A stretch of DNA of 63,257 bases, counting the filler, from Licmophora abbreviata (lineage: Eukaryota), in assembly GCA_900291995.1 (NCBI GenBank). It is 9 parts of 9 records of this genome, joined end to end, with 100 filler letters (N's around TTAATTAATTAA, not from the genome) between each part and the next. Parts side by side here need not be neighbours in the genome. Positions count along the whole stretch, not along the records: positions 33,456 to 45,780 come from OLMU01005686.1; positions 45,881 to 54,642 come from OLMU01005687.1; 7 more parts are not named here. One strand, given 5' to 3'. Under the pieces are notes generated by a model. That model made no database searches. It was not told the DNA's origin and saw nothing but the letters and a program-made list of their open reading frames with translations. Made by a program: the position numbers and the translations under genes. Positions 35,387 to 48,768 of the stretch are shown piece after piece (the first letter of the stretch is position 1; each line of letters starts with the position of its first letter).

Positions 35387-37317
35387 TCAGTCGTATTGTA
35401 ACTGGAGTGCTTCACGGAGTGCAACTGCATAGGCCGCACTCTCCCTACTAGGCCCTCCTCCAATTCCAAGAATCCCCCCAGTCACGTTCTGCAGCACGAC
35501 ACCAGTCATGCTCATACGGTTGGTGTCGGGAAACTCGTGCCACGTAGTCAAGTCATATGCGACATCCCAATCCGGTGGTATGTCCATGCTGCTGCTGCTC
35601 AACCACTCGTGACACTCTTGCAGTTTCTGCAGGGCGAGTGCAGGATCGTAGTGTTTGGCGAGGGCTGTTGAATAGTCCTTGCCAGGAACATAGGAACGAC
35701 CGAAATTACCCGGGTTCCTGTAAATTGTTCCATTGTCAATGTAAGCTGAATGAGTATCACGCGAAAACAAGAGTCCTACCGACAAGAACAACAACACACA
35801 ACGTACATGGCCCTGGCATTTTCTTCGAAACTTTTCTTTCGGCTGTACTTGACCTTTAGCAAGGGAGCGTATCGTGCCTTGGCAAAGCTGTGCATTCCAA
35901 ATGCCGACACGAGATTATGAAGCCAAAGGACATGTCCGAGAAGGGTCAACTCCGTGCTTTCATCGAAACAATCCGGTAGATTCAAGAGTCCCTTGTCGAC
36001 CCACTCCTGTCCCAATTTGTCCACCTGAAGTTGGTGCAGACGCTGCTCCGCCGCTTCGAGATCTTCAACATATTGCTCTTCATTGTTGTAAAGACGCACT
36101 GCTTCCATGATTTCGTCCACATCAGACGGCCGCGCAAAGCCCACCGAAGCCGTGTGTATACCAGCCGTCTTCCAGAGATGCAGCAATGCAAACGAAATCG
36201 GTGACAGCTTGCTCCCAATCGTACTTGCGACGATCTTGGAAGGGGCATAGAGCTTGCCGCCCTTGTCCAATGGACTTATGTTGAATACGCCCATGTCCAA
36301 TTCCAGTGCTCGTTGAACGACATTCCAGTTACCAGCCCCTCCTACTGTATCGTCGGTTCCGGAGGCATGATAGCTTCCAAAATAGTGATAGTGTAGATTG
36401 ATATAAGAAAACTTTTCGGAGTTGACCAACTTCATAATGTTTTTGGCAGTTCCATGAGTCGAAAATCCAATATGTTTGACGAATCCCTGCTTCTGCCACT
36501 CGAGAGCTGCACCCATGATGGTATCCTCACCATCTCTCAAGACCCAATCGACCTGATCCGGCGTGCTGACGACCCAAAAGGACAAGAGATCAATGTAACC
36601 CAATGTAGAAAAGATCTTCCACGATCGGTTCCAGTGCGTTTCAAACTCCTTCCGTGTGGCCACTGTCGGAAGTTTTGTTTGCAGAATAAAGTCGCCTCTC
36701 TGAATTTCTCCCTCTTCCATCAAGAACGCGAGTGCATGGCACAATTGTACCTCACTCGTTCCGTACATGCGTGCTGTCTCAAAGTGATTGATCCCATACG
36801 ACAAGCATTCCCTCACGACTTGAATCATGTTGCTTTGAGAATCACTCTGCAGGACCTTCTGGGTACTGGCACTGATCGGAAGGTAATCGGGACACCACGT
36901 ATGTTGAAAGCGCATACCACCGCATGTGATTCGAGGCATTTGGAGTTCGGTCTTGCCAAAGCGGACTTTGGGGACTTGATAGGTTGTAGGACTACTACTT
37001 GCAGAGCGGCGTTTGCGCCATGTGGCTGTTCTGACAAGACGCGTTATGAGAAGAGACACTTCCGTGTCGTCCAGGCGCTGCTTCTCCTGCCAAAAGACTA
37101 ATTGGCGAACAAGTTTGATCAATGCATCGTCGGAAGTATCGTCAAGATGGTCCTGGAGGAGCTTTCGACTGTCTTTTGGAAGCTCGGCAAGACAAGAGGG
37201 GACTTGTTCAACAGAAGAAGAGCTGGAGAATGATGATGGAGCAGTGTATGGACAGAGTGGCGAGGATGAAATGAGTCGAGTCAATACAACCAAAGTAGAC
37301 AGACAGTGCGGGTTCAT
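35387..37317 (-). CDS. Aldo/keto reductase family protein
   Basis: RFGKTELQMPRITCGGMRFQ, GINHFETARMYGTSE, LQTK, HIGFSTHG, ISPLDKGGKLY. Intron 35718-35806 joins in frame. Start uncertain. Confidence 0.9.
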
Positions 37318-37757
37318 CAATTCTAGTTCGCACTTGAATTTCGAAATTTGAACTTTCTTTCTTGTAGAGTGCTACTCACTTTTTGGACTTTCCATAGAGA
37401 AACTGACCGGCAAATAACGATACGGCCGTTGCCAAAACAGTTGTCACGGCCAGTGCTGCTACATTCGAAGCGCCGCGTTCGGCAGAAACGTTGGAGGCCA
37501 TGGTGCCATGGTGGGTTGTGTTCGATGTTTGATAACGTTCGGTGGTCGTCATTGGGGGAAAGCCTGATGACGTGGTTTCCCGCCAGTCGTGAGTTCATGG
37601 AGCTCGGAGCTCGCAACAGTGCCATCAGTGAATAACACAATGAATGCAACCCCGTTTCTATTTCTTGAAGGTCAACTGCCCCTTCTAACGCCGTATTCCA
37701 TGATATCTCAGTAGTAATCTTAGTTTGCACAACCAACTAGACTACTGCGGCAACAGC

Positions 37758-39352
37758 TTACTCGTCATCGCTTGTATTGTCATCTTCTGCTTTCAAAGAC
37801 GCCAACGTTTCCTCTAGGTCCTTGCCCCCCAAATCTTCCGCATCCAGAATCTCCGCCATTTCCGCCTTGGCTCGTTTCAACATTGCCTTCTTTTTCTTAT
37901 CTTGCTTCATCTTGAAATCCGCCAGTTCATTATCTTCATCCAAGACTTCACCCTTCATCTGCCGGTACTTGAGGTCCCCTTCGAACAAAGCACGATCCCA
38001 CACACTCTTTGTAAACTCCTCTTCGGTCATTTTATCCTTCATGGTCCCGTCCATACTCTGACGAAAGTACTCTCGCTTCGCCCAGTCCTTGGCGACAGCT
38101 TCAATCTCCTCTGTACGAGCGTCCTTGGCGACTTCCTCTTGACGCTCTTCGCGCTGGACCTGACGGTCCTTGATGTTCTTCAAGAACCGTTCATCCTCCC
38201 ACCAATTGTCGGACGTGGTCTCGTCGTACGGATTGGCCTCCTTAAAGTCGGCAATGGCCTTTTCATAAGCCTAGAAAAAGAAGTAGACAAGGAGATTGTG
38301 TGAGAGAGGACGCCGAGTTCCAATGACAAACAACATGAAACCTGTGTTTGCTTGCTCACCTCCACCCCAATCCGAACCATGTGATCGACTTCCAAAGGCC
38401 GCGGATATCCAGCCGCTCGCAGTCCCTTGATGAGCACGTGCGCTGGGTCCTTGGTATCCTTGACTTCAACAAAACTCAAACACTTGCCTTTACCGCAGTC
38501 CAACTGGAGCAGTTCCGTCACCATTCGAAGGGATTCGACTCGCGAAAACTTGGCATCCTTGGGGATGCTCGTTTCGCCGTCAAACTCCATAAAGCGGTAG
38601 GGCACACTCCCTTCCGCAGTATCTTCAAGCTCTCCGACGGCCACCAAGGTGAAGTCCAAATCGTCACGTCCGGTCGATTTCAAGGCATCGACAGCCTCTT
38701 GACAGGCAGCACGATCCAACTCGGAGGCACCAGTCAACAACAAAGCGACATTCTGCACGCTTTTGGCTTTACTGGCAGTGTCCGCCACCTCCTTGACCTT
38801 TTCCACCATGCCTTCTCCTTCGAGATAGACCACCCATCCCGCCACACCATCTAGCTGTTCGACAGTGGGCAATGCTCCCGCAGTCGTCGCTTCCTTGAAG
38901 TCCAGTTTGTCCAAGAGACCCGTATAGCGCGCATGACGACTCAAGAGTCGCTTCTTGCTGAATTTGACATCATCAACAAAGGCAACAATCTTGTCGTACT
39001 CGTAGGCACTCACTTCACTGTTGATCAAGTCAAAGATGGTTTGATCTGTGCGTTCATTGGAATTTACCAAGCCACTAATCAAGATGGTGCCCTCAAGATT
39101 GATGCGAGCGTCCACGGCTTCTGGTTCGGGAATGTATCCTTGAATGTCCTTTTCGGGATTGACCTTCTTTTTGGGGGCGTTCTGCCATCTCGAGGGAGGA
39201 CCCTTGGTGCCCCAGGAGGAGATGAAGAGCGCAGAAGAAGAGCGATAACGAGTAGCAGTAGTAGTAGCAGAGGTAGAAATGGGCGAGAAAGCCGAGGCGG
39301 ACGCTGTCAAGCACGAGAGTGCTGTCAAGGAAAACAGCGAGCGCATAGTCAT
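37758..39352 (-). CDS. Plastid-targeted protein of unknown function with charged C-terminal tail
   Basis: Signal + ASA-FSP. Intron 38271-38359 joins ORF 38180..39373 to ORF 37758..38183 in frame. Confidence 0.8.
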
Positions 39353-39899
39353 GATGGAACGGTCTAACGTCACGTTCAGTACCGGACAGTAGTGTGTTGT
39401 CTTGTAGCAACCAATGGCGGTCTTTGCAGTTCACTTACTTCATCGACACTGAGAATTGTAGGTCTTCATCCGACGACGACAGCGCATCGATCGCAACAGC
39501 TGGAGAGAATTCGGGAACTCAATTTTGGAATTCTGAGTACTGGCAATACGTAGGATTCTACAACAGATTTCTGAAATCTTCGTTGAATTTCGAAACTGCG
39601 CGACGGTGCGCGGGAAGCTGTGAGTGGATCTTGTGATGGTACAACTCCACGTGGATTCCACGTCTATCGTGTCATTGATTCATTCCAGGCAGGTTCCAGA
39701 GATTTGGTCGGACTTTCCCTCTAAAATTGTGCGTGATTTGGATGAAAATGATCAATCTTCGTCTCGTAGACCACAGTATTGAGTTCTACGTGAGTGCGCG
39801 GACCCACTTCTCGTAGGACTCGTAGCGGTTGTACCATCACGGCTTTTCATCATTCGATATCCCTCTCGCCGTGCCGGATTGTTCTTGTGTGTCCCCAGA

Positions 39900-42561
39900 A
39901 TGGCAGCTCAAGCCCCTCCCGGTCAACGCATCATTCCTCTCGAGGAGGGATGGGATAATGAAATCAAACCCAAGGTGAGTGGCAAGAAACGGACCGAGAA
40001 AACGACGAGAACGGGTGCTTCGCGCAACCGGACAGGAATCCTTTGGGATTGCGCCAGGGGACGACGGGTTTAACTACTGAAAGAGCTCGTACTCACAGCC
40101 TTCCTAATCTCGTGAACATTGTCATACTTCATCGGCACCCCCTCTCTCCTCCTCGCTTATCCTGGTACGAATAGGCTATTGATAGACTCGAAGATATGCT
40201 CAACAATGGAATCAAGGCGGGACAAACTAACGTCTTTGGGCCGAAGGAGTATGTCTCCACCTACACGTAAGTTCTGTGTTCTGGCGACTCAACTCGGATC
40301 TCGAACAATCGAGCTAGCTGGTACCGTAAGATGGAAATGTGTATTCACGCACTTACCAACACACAAAACACTCTCTTTGTTCATACAGAACGTGCTATGA
40401 CATGTGCACACAGCGGTCGCCCTACAACTGGTCCCGCGAGCTCTACCAACGGCACGGAGAGACCATTGAGAACTACCTCACATCCACAGTCCTTCCTTCG
40501 CTGCGCGACAAGACGGGCCAAGGCGGTACTATTCTCTTGCGAGAGCTTCAGCACCGATGGTCCAACCATCAAATCATGAACAAGTGGCTCAAGAAATTCT
40601 TTACATACCTCGATCGCTACTATGTCAAGCACCACAGTCTCCCCACTCTCAGTCAAGCTGGACTGCGCAGTTTTCGGACGCACATTTACGATGAAATGAA
40701 GGCGGACACTACGTCAGCCATTCTTGATCTTATCAACGAAGAGCGCGAAGGCAAGATTGTCGACAAGACACTCATCAAGAGTATTGTGGAACTCTATGAG
40801 AGTATGGGGATGGGATCGCTCGAGGCGTACAGCGCCGACTTGGAAGAGCCGCTCTTGGTGGCGACGCGAGAGTTTTACGTCAAGAAGCGGCAAGAGTGGA
40901 TTGCTACAGACTCAACGCCAGATTATCTTATCAAGGCCGAAGTGGCGCTCAGTGAAGAGCGTGTGCGTGTGGGAGACTATCTCAATCCCGCCTCGGAATC
41001 CAAGTTGCTCAAGGCCTGTGAAGAAGAAATCTTGGAAAAGGTCGAGATGACGTTGCTGGAGAAGGAAGGTTCCGGCTGTAAAGTACTCTTGGCAAACGAC
41101 AAGTCGGAAGACCTGCAGCGAATGTATCGTCTCTTTTCTCGTTTGGAGAATGGTTTGAATCCGATGGCTACGATCGTGCAAGCTTTCATTTCCAACATGG
41201 GCAATGATATCATTCACCAACGACAGGCGCGATTGGACAGTGGCGAGAAAGACAAGAACGACGATCCGAAATTTGTAAAGAGTCTCATTGCACTGCACGA
41301 GAAGTATCTGGCAGTTGTCAAGACCGACTTCTCGGGTCACTCGCTGTTCCAGAAGGCGCTCAAGGATGCATTTGTCGAAGTAATGAACAAACAGGTCGGC
41401 CAATACTCGAGTGCGGAACTTATGTCGACGTTTTGCGATCGTGTGCTCAAGAGCGGCGGCGAGAAGTTGAGCGAGTCGGAAGTGGAAGAGAATCTCGACA
41501 ACGTTGTGCAGCTGTTTTCGTACTTGACGGATAAGGACATGTTTGCCGAAATTTACCGAAACCAACTCGCCAAGCGGTTGCTCAATCAGCGGTCGGCAAG
41601 CGACGATGCTGAGAAGGTCATGATTGCCAAGCTGAAAATGCAATGCGGCACTCATTTTACATCCAAGATGGAAGGCATGCTGAATGATCTGGCGGTTGGA
41701 AGCGACCAACGAACCGAGTTTGAGCAGCGAATGAGACAGCAGGACTCGAAGCTTGACTTTGGAGTGCAGGTGTTGACTACTGGTTTCTGGCCGACGCACA
41801 AGAGTCCCGAAGTGACGCTGACTCCGGAAATGACTAATTGGATGGAAGTCTTCAAGGAATGGCACGACAACAAACATCAGAAGCGAAAGTTAACCTGGGT
41901 CTTTTCGCTTGGGAATGCATCTGTGCGAGCCTCATTTGGGAAGAAAAGCTACGACCTTCAAGTAACGACGTTGCAAGCGGTAGCGTTGAATGCATTCAAT
42001 GGCGGGAAAATCATGACATTTGAAGAGCTTGGGGAGAATCTCAACTTGGAAGAATCCATCTTGAAGCCTCTTATGCACTCACTGTCTTGCGGAAAGTACA
42101 AGGTCATTAGCAAGTCGCCAGCTAGCAACAAAATCAATCCGACAGATTCGTTCAAGGCTAACCCCAAGTTTTCCAGCAATATGCGCAAAATTCGTATCCC
42201 CATGGCTTCACTGGACGCATCGCACAACAACAAGAAAGTTGCGGAGGACCGAACGATTGCCATCGAGGCTGCCATTGTTAGAATTATGAAGGCGCGAAAA
42301 ACCCTGCAGCACCAGCAACTCATTGCGGAGGTTTTGTCACAGCTGGCCTTTTTCAAACCCGCCCCTCGAGTTATCAAGCGCCGTATAGAGACACTCATTG
42401 ATCGCGAGTACTTGGAGCGGAGCGGCGAGAATACCAATGTCTACAATGTAAGTTTTGGTCGTGTTCGTGTGACCGTTTATAATCTTCTTGTTTGAATTCG
42501 CTCTTACCTCGTGGATTCCTGTTGCTTCCTATGAATGCACTTTCTATAGTATTTGGCGTGA
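39900..42561 (+). CDS. Cullin (CUL1-like)
   Basis: Exons 39900-39974, 40175-40266, 40389-42447, 42550-42561 (745 aa). YLDRYYV, DKDMFAEIYRNQLAKRLL, neddylation motif IEAAIVRIMKARK, LIDREYLER, terminal YNYLA. Confidence 0.95.
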
Positions 42562-42682
42562 GATCTTTGCCGTTGTGGAATGAAATCCTGCCTTGCGAAG
42601 TGCTTTCCCATGCCCACTGCACGGGCACTGAACGAATCGAGAGAGTCAGATAACTCCGCTATCATAATTAGTAGTTTATCAA

Positions 42683-45641
42683 TCAGTACCTAGGATGAGT
42701 CGCCATTTTCCTTCTCGGTCTTCGTTCGTCGACATTGCATCTCCATTCATCTGGGAGCGAACCGGCGCTGGCGTCGCCCCCAAGTCCAGCATCCTCGAGC
42801 TGCTCGGCTGTCAGCGCACCCTTCAATATTCGAATCACAATATCGTTCACTTGGCCGTCTTGACAGCACTTATGGAACAGTTGCACGAGCGCTCGCGTTC
42901 TTGTCTCGCCCTGCGGCAAGAGGTTTCGGCATGCCGTAATGTACGATCCGTACGTCACATGATTTGGAGCTGCATAGTCCGAGCTGCAGAGTTCATTGAA
43001 GGTGTTCGCGGCGATCTGCATTGCATCCGCTTTCTCACCCGGGTCCCCTACCGTGTAGGCACAGGCGTTGATGACACTTGTGTATACAACAACGCTCGGC
43101 CCACTCTCGATTTTTCCAGCTTCACGCAGATCGATCATCTTCTGAAGAACTGATCTAGCCCTATAAGCCTTTCCAAACCGCCGAGATTTCGCCCACGCAT
43201 TGACAGATGCCGAAAACGTAATCTCATTCGGCAAAAAGTCGATGTCACCGCTGGACTCGTACGTGTCTATCATCCAGTTAAGGAGAGCTTCGGCTTTCTC
43301 ACCACCGTTCCGGACACCGCACTTCCCCCAGCAGTCAATGACGGTCGTGATCAGCCTCGCGTTAGGTTTGAGATCCTGGTTGCCGGCCTCGTAACGTTCC
43401 AACATTTCCAGGAGGATGTCCTCTGCACGCTGAGCAGCTCCGATTCCGCCGTTCTTCACTATTGCGTCCACTAGAGTCACATAGCTAAAGAAGCTCGGTC
43501 GGGCTTTCTCATTTCCAGCCTTGTACATGTCACACATACGATTGAAGACTTCCACTGCCTTCTCCGCCGCATCTCGTGCACCAGACTTGGCCCACCTGAA
43601 GTGTGAAGACAGCAGACAATGAGAAATGACGCACGCTTCATCTGCAGGCTCACTACTTCTTCCTCTACGTTTCTTACCCGTTCATGACAATTGAGTAGGT
43701 CACACATGATGGGACAATATCCGTTTCGCCGTTTCTATATGCATCTTCCATTTCGAGCAACAACGATTCTGCCCGCTCCGCGCTTCCGGGCTTTCCACTC
43801 TGAGCCCAGGCATTGACACGAGTGCTAAAAGTACGACCATTGGGTTTGGCGGCATCGTTTCCTTGGCATACGCCTCTTCCATTCGTTGAAAGATCGCTTC
43901 TGCATGACTTGCAGCGTTCTGTTCTCCACTTTTAGCATATGCATCAATCACTGGACAGGAGAGAATGGACGGTTTGAGTGTGCCTTCTCGGTTGCCGACC
44001 CTACATACCTGCACACAAGGGCAAACGTACCTGACGTGTAGCTGATAGCGTTGAGACGAACGCCCTCCAAAGACGGTTCTTGGCTGTTCTCAATGCTTGC
44101 TAAGAGCTTATCTGCACGCGCCGCGGCGCCCTTTTCTCCGGACTTGGCAAGGGCGTCAAGCACGCTGTTGACAGTCACTGTATTAGGCCTGACGTTCGAG
44201 TGTCCCAGTTGCCCCTTTTCGATCATACGAGCGAGCAACTGTTCAGCCTTTCCGGCTGATCCTCTTTGTCTCTGTTTAGCATAGCAGTCAATCTTTGTTG
44301 AGCGGAGAGAGCAAGCTCGATGAGTGGAGAAGATCGCTGGGAGCCCAAAATATGTGAAACGCATTCATCACTACTCACCACACTGCTGTATGTAAACACA
44401 TCCGCGAGTCCGAGCTCCTCCATTCGCTCGAGGATCGCCTCGGCTTGTCGCGCTGCATCCTTGGTTCGACTATTTTTCCATGCCTTCAGAACAGTATTGT
44501 AAGATACCACATTGGCCACGCCGTCTTGTTCCATTTGTTCCAGTCGAGATTGAGCCTTTTTCGCATCGCCGTCGACACTCCATGCCTCCAACAACATGTT
44601 TTGCAGATACGCATCCATAGTAATTCCATGAGACCGGGCCTGGTCTAGGATTGCCTGTACACGTTTGACCTTATCAGGAGCTCCGCTCTTGATTACGGCT
44701 TGTGCCACACAGGCAAAACTGCGCCCGTCCGGAGCCATCGATGGGTCAGACTTGGAGTTTTCTAGCAAGGCATTCAGAATACTCTCAGCTCGCTCCGCAG
44801 CTCCCTTCTTTCCACTCTTCGCATTCGCATCCAAAACACAGTTGTACGAAATCAAGTTGGGACGCGGCATGGTTTCATCCGACACCATGCGCTGCAACAA
44901 GGCCTCCGCCGGTCGTGCTTGTCCCGCACGAGCATGAGCAGCCAACACTACGGAGTATTCCTTCACCGTCACTTGATCCTGCGGCACACGCTCCAACAGT
45001 CGCAACGCATCCTTCACCTTTCCCTCTTGCGCAAAGGCATTTAGAACGGAATTGTACACGACTCGGTTGGGACTGCCCCTCCCGTTTGAACGAGGTTGAT
45101 TCTCCAACCGCGTCAAAATGCCTTCTGCCTTCTGCGCAGCATTCACTTGTCCCGATTTGGCCCACGCATCGATGGCCACGGCGTAATGCTTGTTGGTAAG
45201 CTGCACTTTGGTGTTTCCCATGTCAAGTTCGCCTTCAAGTCTCGTCAGTACTCGCTCTGCTGTTTGGGCTCCCATCGGGCAGTGGGTCTTGGCCCACGCG
45301 TACAAGACAGGAAACGCGGCGTCCAAGACATCGTACGACAAGGACCCGACCGGGTGTTTCTGGGAGTCTAGTAGAATGTTCGTCATCTCCTCCAAGCAGA
45401 AGCTGCTGCTGGCTTGTGCAGACTGCAGCAGGGACATGTCAGGGACTGTAGCGGTATCAAGGGGGGAGGACACTGAAACGTATAGCGGGTGTCGTTGCCG
45501 CCAGTGGGAGCGAAATGGAGCTTGCGCCAAGCCTCGAGGCGCTTTGTGAGGTACAAAGGCGACTACATGGTACAGCAGTAGACTGCTTATCAGCCAGTTA
45601 GGCAGTAACCGCCCGGGGATCAGCTGCATCGTCGCCATCAT
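42683..45641 (-). CDS. Pentatricopeptide repeat protein, probably plastid-targeted; three introns, one frameshift
   Basis: Repeated P..(Y/F)...(D/N)AWAKSG...A..AE units; signal + VVA-FVP. Introns 44293-44378, 43951-44030, 43596-43677; missing G near 43860. Confidence 0.9.
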
Positions 45642-45780
45642 GGTTGCTATGATACAAGAAACTGTTTTGTTGTTTCGAAATTGATGGCATGAATGTGGTT
45701 GAAGTTCCAAGCTTGTCTGGTACTGAATCAACGCTGATTTCTACGAAGGAGCGATCTTGAAGAGCGATGGCCTAATCGCT

Positions 45781-45880
45781 NNNNNNNNNNNNNNNNNNNN
45801 NNNNNNNNNNNNNNNNNNNNNNNNTTAATTAATTAANNNNNNNNNNNNNNNNNNNNNNNNNNNNNNNNNNNNNNNNNNNN
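45781..45880. other. Artificial contig spacer
   Basis: N44-TTAATTAATTAA-N44. Confidence 0.98.
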
Positions 45881-46551
45881 GGATAGGGGCGACGACAGAC
45901 AGAAGTAAAGAGAGCTCCGGGTTATTGCGCACACTCCACTGCAGCTATGCCGTCTCATATTTTCTTTGGGAAAAGGTCTTTCCGCTGCTGGCGGCCACGA
46001 TGATGACGATTAAATTACTCTAGCTGTACCTGGTATATACGAAATACAACATAAGAAATACCTGCACGAAATAGGATGCGACAATGACCACGAGGTACGA
46101 CGAAGACAGTCAGTCTATTCGACCATTGTTCACCATGATAGCATTTTATAATTCGTAAATTTCAAATACGTTCTCGCTGGGCTCTGTTTGGCAGCGCGAT
46201 TGAATTTCGTTTGTTACAGTAAATCACTGTTGAATACTCGTGCGCTGCGGTAATTGGGTTTTCCAGTGTTCTACTCTTACGCGGAAGAGAAGGCCGATTC
46301 TGCCGGTATCACCTGGATCATGTCAATGGGAACATCGCGGCCGCCACGGGGGAGCTCTTTCATCGTGGGCGTCACCGAGAGGGCATCATCGATGCACTGG
46401 CCCCCATACTGCCAAATACGCCGCCACCAGGAAGCTCTCTGCGGCTGGGTGATACCAATTAGAAAAAGAAGAATACATAGCCTGGCCTGTTTATGCGAAT
46501 AGCATCGCACCGCAACACCCACTTAGGAAAGGAAAGCTCCTTTCCTCCTCG

Positions 46552-47088
46552 TCACTCTTCAACCAGAGCATTCAGTGCCTTCTTCTTTTCCCGGCGAACT
46601 GCTTCCGCTGAAATATCTTCGAGATCCCTTCGAAAGTATGTTGTCGTTCTTCTTTCAATCCTTTTTCGAAAGAGAATCAGCTTGATGGTACTGAGCATTC
46701 CTTTAGGCGATGCTGCAAAGGTCCAGACAAACTCACACGACGAGTCTGTAATGGGATGAATCACCCATGACCCCATCCTAATGATGTCGTTGATACCAGA
46801 CTCGCGACCCTTCTCGGACTTGTGCTTTACGTCGACACTAATTGAGTATGGATCCATCGACGCCGCCGTCACCGTCTTGTAGGCCTCAACTGTTTTGCCA
46901 TTTTTCGCTGATCTCACCTCCAGCCACACATCCCCTACTCCGTACTTTCCTTCCTTGATCCTTTCTATGGACACAACATGGGACATGAATCTTGGAACTT
47001 CCTTGGAGTCGGTGGCAGTTTCCCATACAGTTTTCGCGGATGCCGGAATTTCCATACTGATCGACGAGGATGCTACCGCGTTCCCCAT
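46552..47088 (-). CDS. SRPBCC/START-like (polyketide cyclase/dehydrase-type) protein
   Basis: ISMEIPASAKTVWETATD...PRFMSHVVSIE, GVGDVWLEVR, C-terminal helix RRDLEDISAEA. Confidence 0.75.
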   Translation of the reverse strand: MGNAVASSSISMEIPASAKTVWETATDSKEVPRFMSHVVSIERIKEGKYGVGDVWLEVRSAKNGKTVEAYKTVTAASMDPYSISVDVKHKSEKGRESGINDIIRMGSWVIHPITDSSCEFVWTFAASPKGMLSTIKLILFRKRIERRTTTYFRRDLEDISAEAVRREKKKALNALVEE

Positions 47089-47457
47089 GACACCAATTGA
47101 GCCTCTAAGAATAAACAGAGAGGCGGTGTCCGTACTTGTGAGAGATATACAGTCGACATGCAGACCTGAAGCGAATGAATCCGTCGTCGTATCGAATCTA
47201 CAACATTTGGCGAACAGAACAGCACATGGTCGAACCAAGTTTCGAACTTGAACCTTCTTTGCTCTTCGAGGTACCGACGTAGGACAGACTACGAGGTCAT
47301 GAACCGCCCGCGAGTGGGGTGTCTTTTTCACGCCCCCCAGTCAGACCTACCGGTAGACTAGGCTCCTTGCTTGTCGTATCGGCTCTCATTACTGTAGTGA
47401 GATTGTTAGAGTAGTATCTACGCAGCGTGTGTAGTACTTCAGCTTCCGCTTCCTGTT

Positions 47458-48768
47458 CTAATACAGTCGCATGAAGAGAATGAAAAAGATCAATACCGCA
47501 AACACTTTGATAATGAGCATGCGATTGCCTTTTTTCAGTCCATAGAGCTTGGTCACTTCTTCTTGCCCCGCCGTCACATCGCACAGTGCCGCTTCTACAT
47601 CATCTTCCACCTTGTCGATCACTTCACCCTGTTGCACAATCAAGGATGACATCTTTCCAAAGAGGGAAGTCAAATTACTCAGCGTTTGTTCGGCTTGGCG
47701 AGCAGAGTCGAGCCGAGATTGGCTTTGGCGTTGCTGCTGACGTTCTTGAATCTGGGCTTGGACAGCATGAGCATCATGACTACCAGCAGAAGTTCCACTC
47801 GTTCCAGAAGCGGGACGTCGTTGTCGCATGCCCACGTCACCTCCATAGCCTCCGCCGTACCCCGCCGTTGCACCGCCGTATCCTCCTCCATAGCCGTTGT
47901 ATCCGGCACTACCACTCCGACTGTAGTACGGATTGCTCGTTGCACCACTGCTTGTCATTGCTGGCGCCACAGTTCGCGCTGCAGGTGCCGGGGCGACGCC
48001 TGTATTCGACCCCGACGACACGACTCCATTTCCATTCTGATGGACTGACTGCGGCATATTGGTTGCGGTAAAGAGCGGACTGTCCCACTGCGCCCCTCCA
48101 TTCCGTGCGGTTGATGCTGCTCTTCTTGGTCCACTATCAGTACTACTAGTAGCGGTAGTGCTGGCGTTCGGCTGCGACTGCGGTTGAAGTCGTTTTCGTC
48201 GTTGCGCTTGATCCGCCAAGACACTAGCTCGTAGTTGTAGAAGTTCTTTCATGCGAGACGTCTGCTGCGCCGCTACTGCCTGTAACCAGGTAGCAATGAG
48301 ACTCAAATGCTTGTGTACCTGTGAGCTCGTTCGGGGTGCTGTCGCCGTGATGGTAGGAACCATTTCGGCAAGTTCTTTGGCGTCTGTTTCAAATTGTCGC
48401 ATGACTCTGGCAATCTCCTTGGTGGGGTCATTTGTATGTCCTCGTCGTCGAACCAGCGACTGTAATTGGTCTAATGCCTTTTCCATCTCTCTCAACAGCG
48501 ACAGACCATCTTCTAGTAGCGTTTGTAGCTCTGTGTGCGCAGCAGTGGTCTCTGGGTAGAGCTGCAGCTGCTGCGCTGTAATCGCCATGAGCCATTCAGT
48601 CTGTGGGGTCGGTGGCTGCGATTGGAACAGTTTTAGAGAGGTCCGGGCACAAGAGAGAAGTTCCGACGATCGAGAAACAGAGTGCGACGTTTGTGGCGGG
48701 GCAGAGGAGGCAGAAGAAGGCTTGTTCATGGCCAAAGCACCTCCGCTGGTGCTATAGTACGTCGACAT
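47458..48768 (-). CDS. Syntaxin-5/Sed5-like Qa-SNARE
   Basis: LQSLVRRRGHTNDPTKEI; SNARE motif with QQGEVIDKVEDDVE; NRMLIIKVFAVLIFFILF C-terminal TM. Confidence 0.88.
   Translation of the reverse strand: MSTYYSTSGGALAMNKPSSASSAPPQTSHSVSRSSELLSCARTSLKLFQSQPPTPQTEWLMAITAQQLQLYPETTAAHTELQTLLEDGLSLLREMEKALDQLQSLVRRRGHTNDPTKEIARVMRQFETDAKELAEMVPTITATAPRTSSQVHKHLSLIATWLQAVAAQQTSRMKELLQLRASVLADQAQRRKRLQPQSQPNASTTATSSTDSGPRRAASTARNGGAQWDSPLFTATNMPQSVHQNGNGVVSSGSNTGVAPAPAARTVAPAMTSSGATSNPYYSRSGSAGYNGYGGGYGGATAGYGGGYGGDVGMRQRRPASGTSGTSAGSHDAHAVQAQIQERQQQRQSQSRLDSARQAEQTLSNLTSLFGKMSSLIVQQGEVIDKVEDDVEAALCDVTAGQEEVTKLYGLKKGNRMLIIKVFAVLIFFILFMRLY

Noticed and set aside
40912..41877. 321-aa antisense ORF inside cullin
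   Set aside because: Shadow ORF of a conserved gene; no motifs.
45881..46540. Short ORFs and splice-like signals after the gap
   Set aside because: I could not assemble a coherent gene model.
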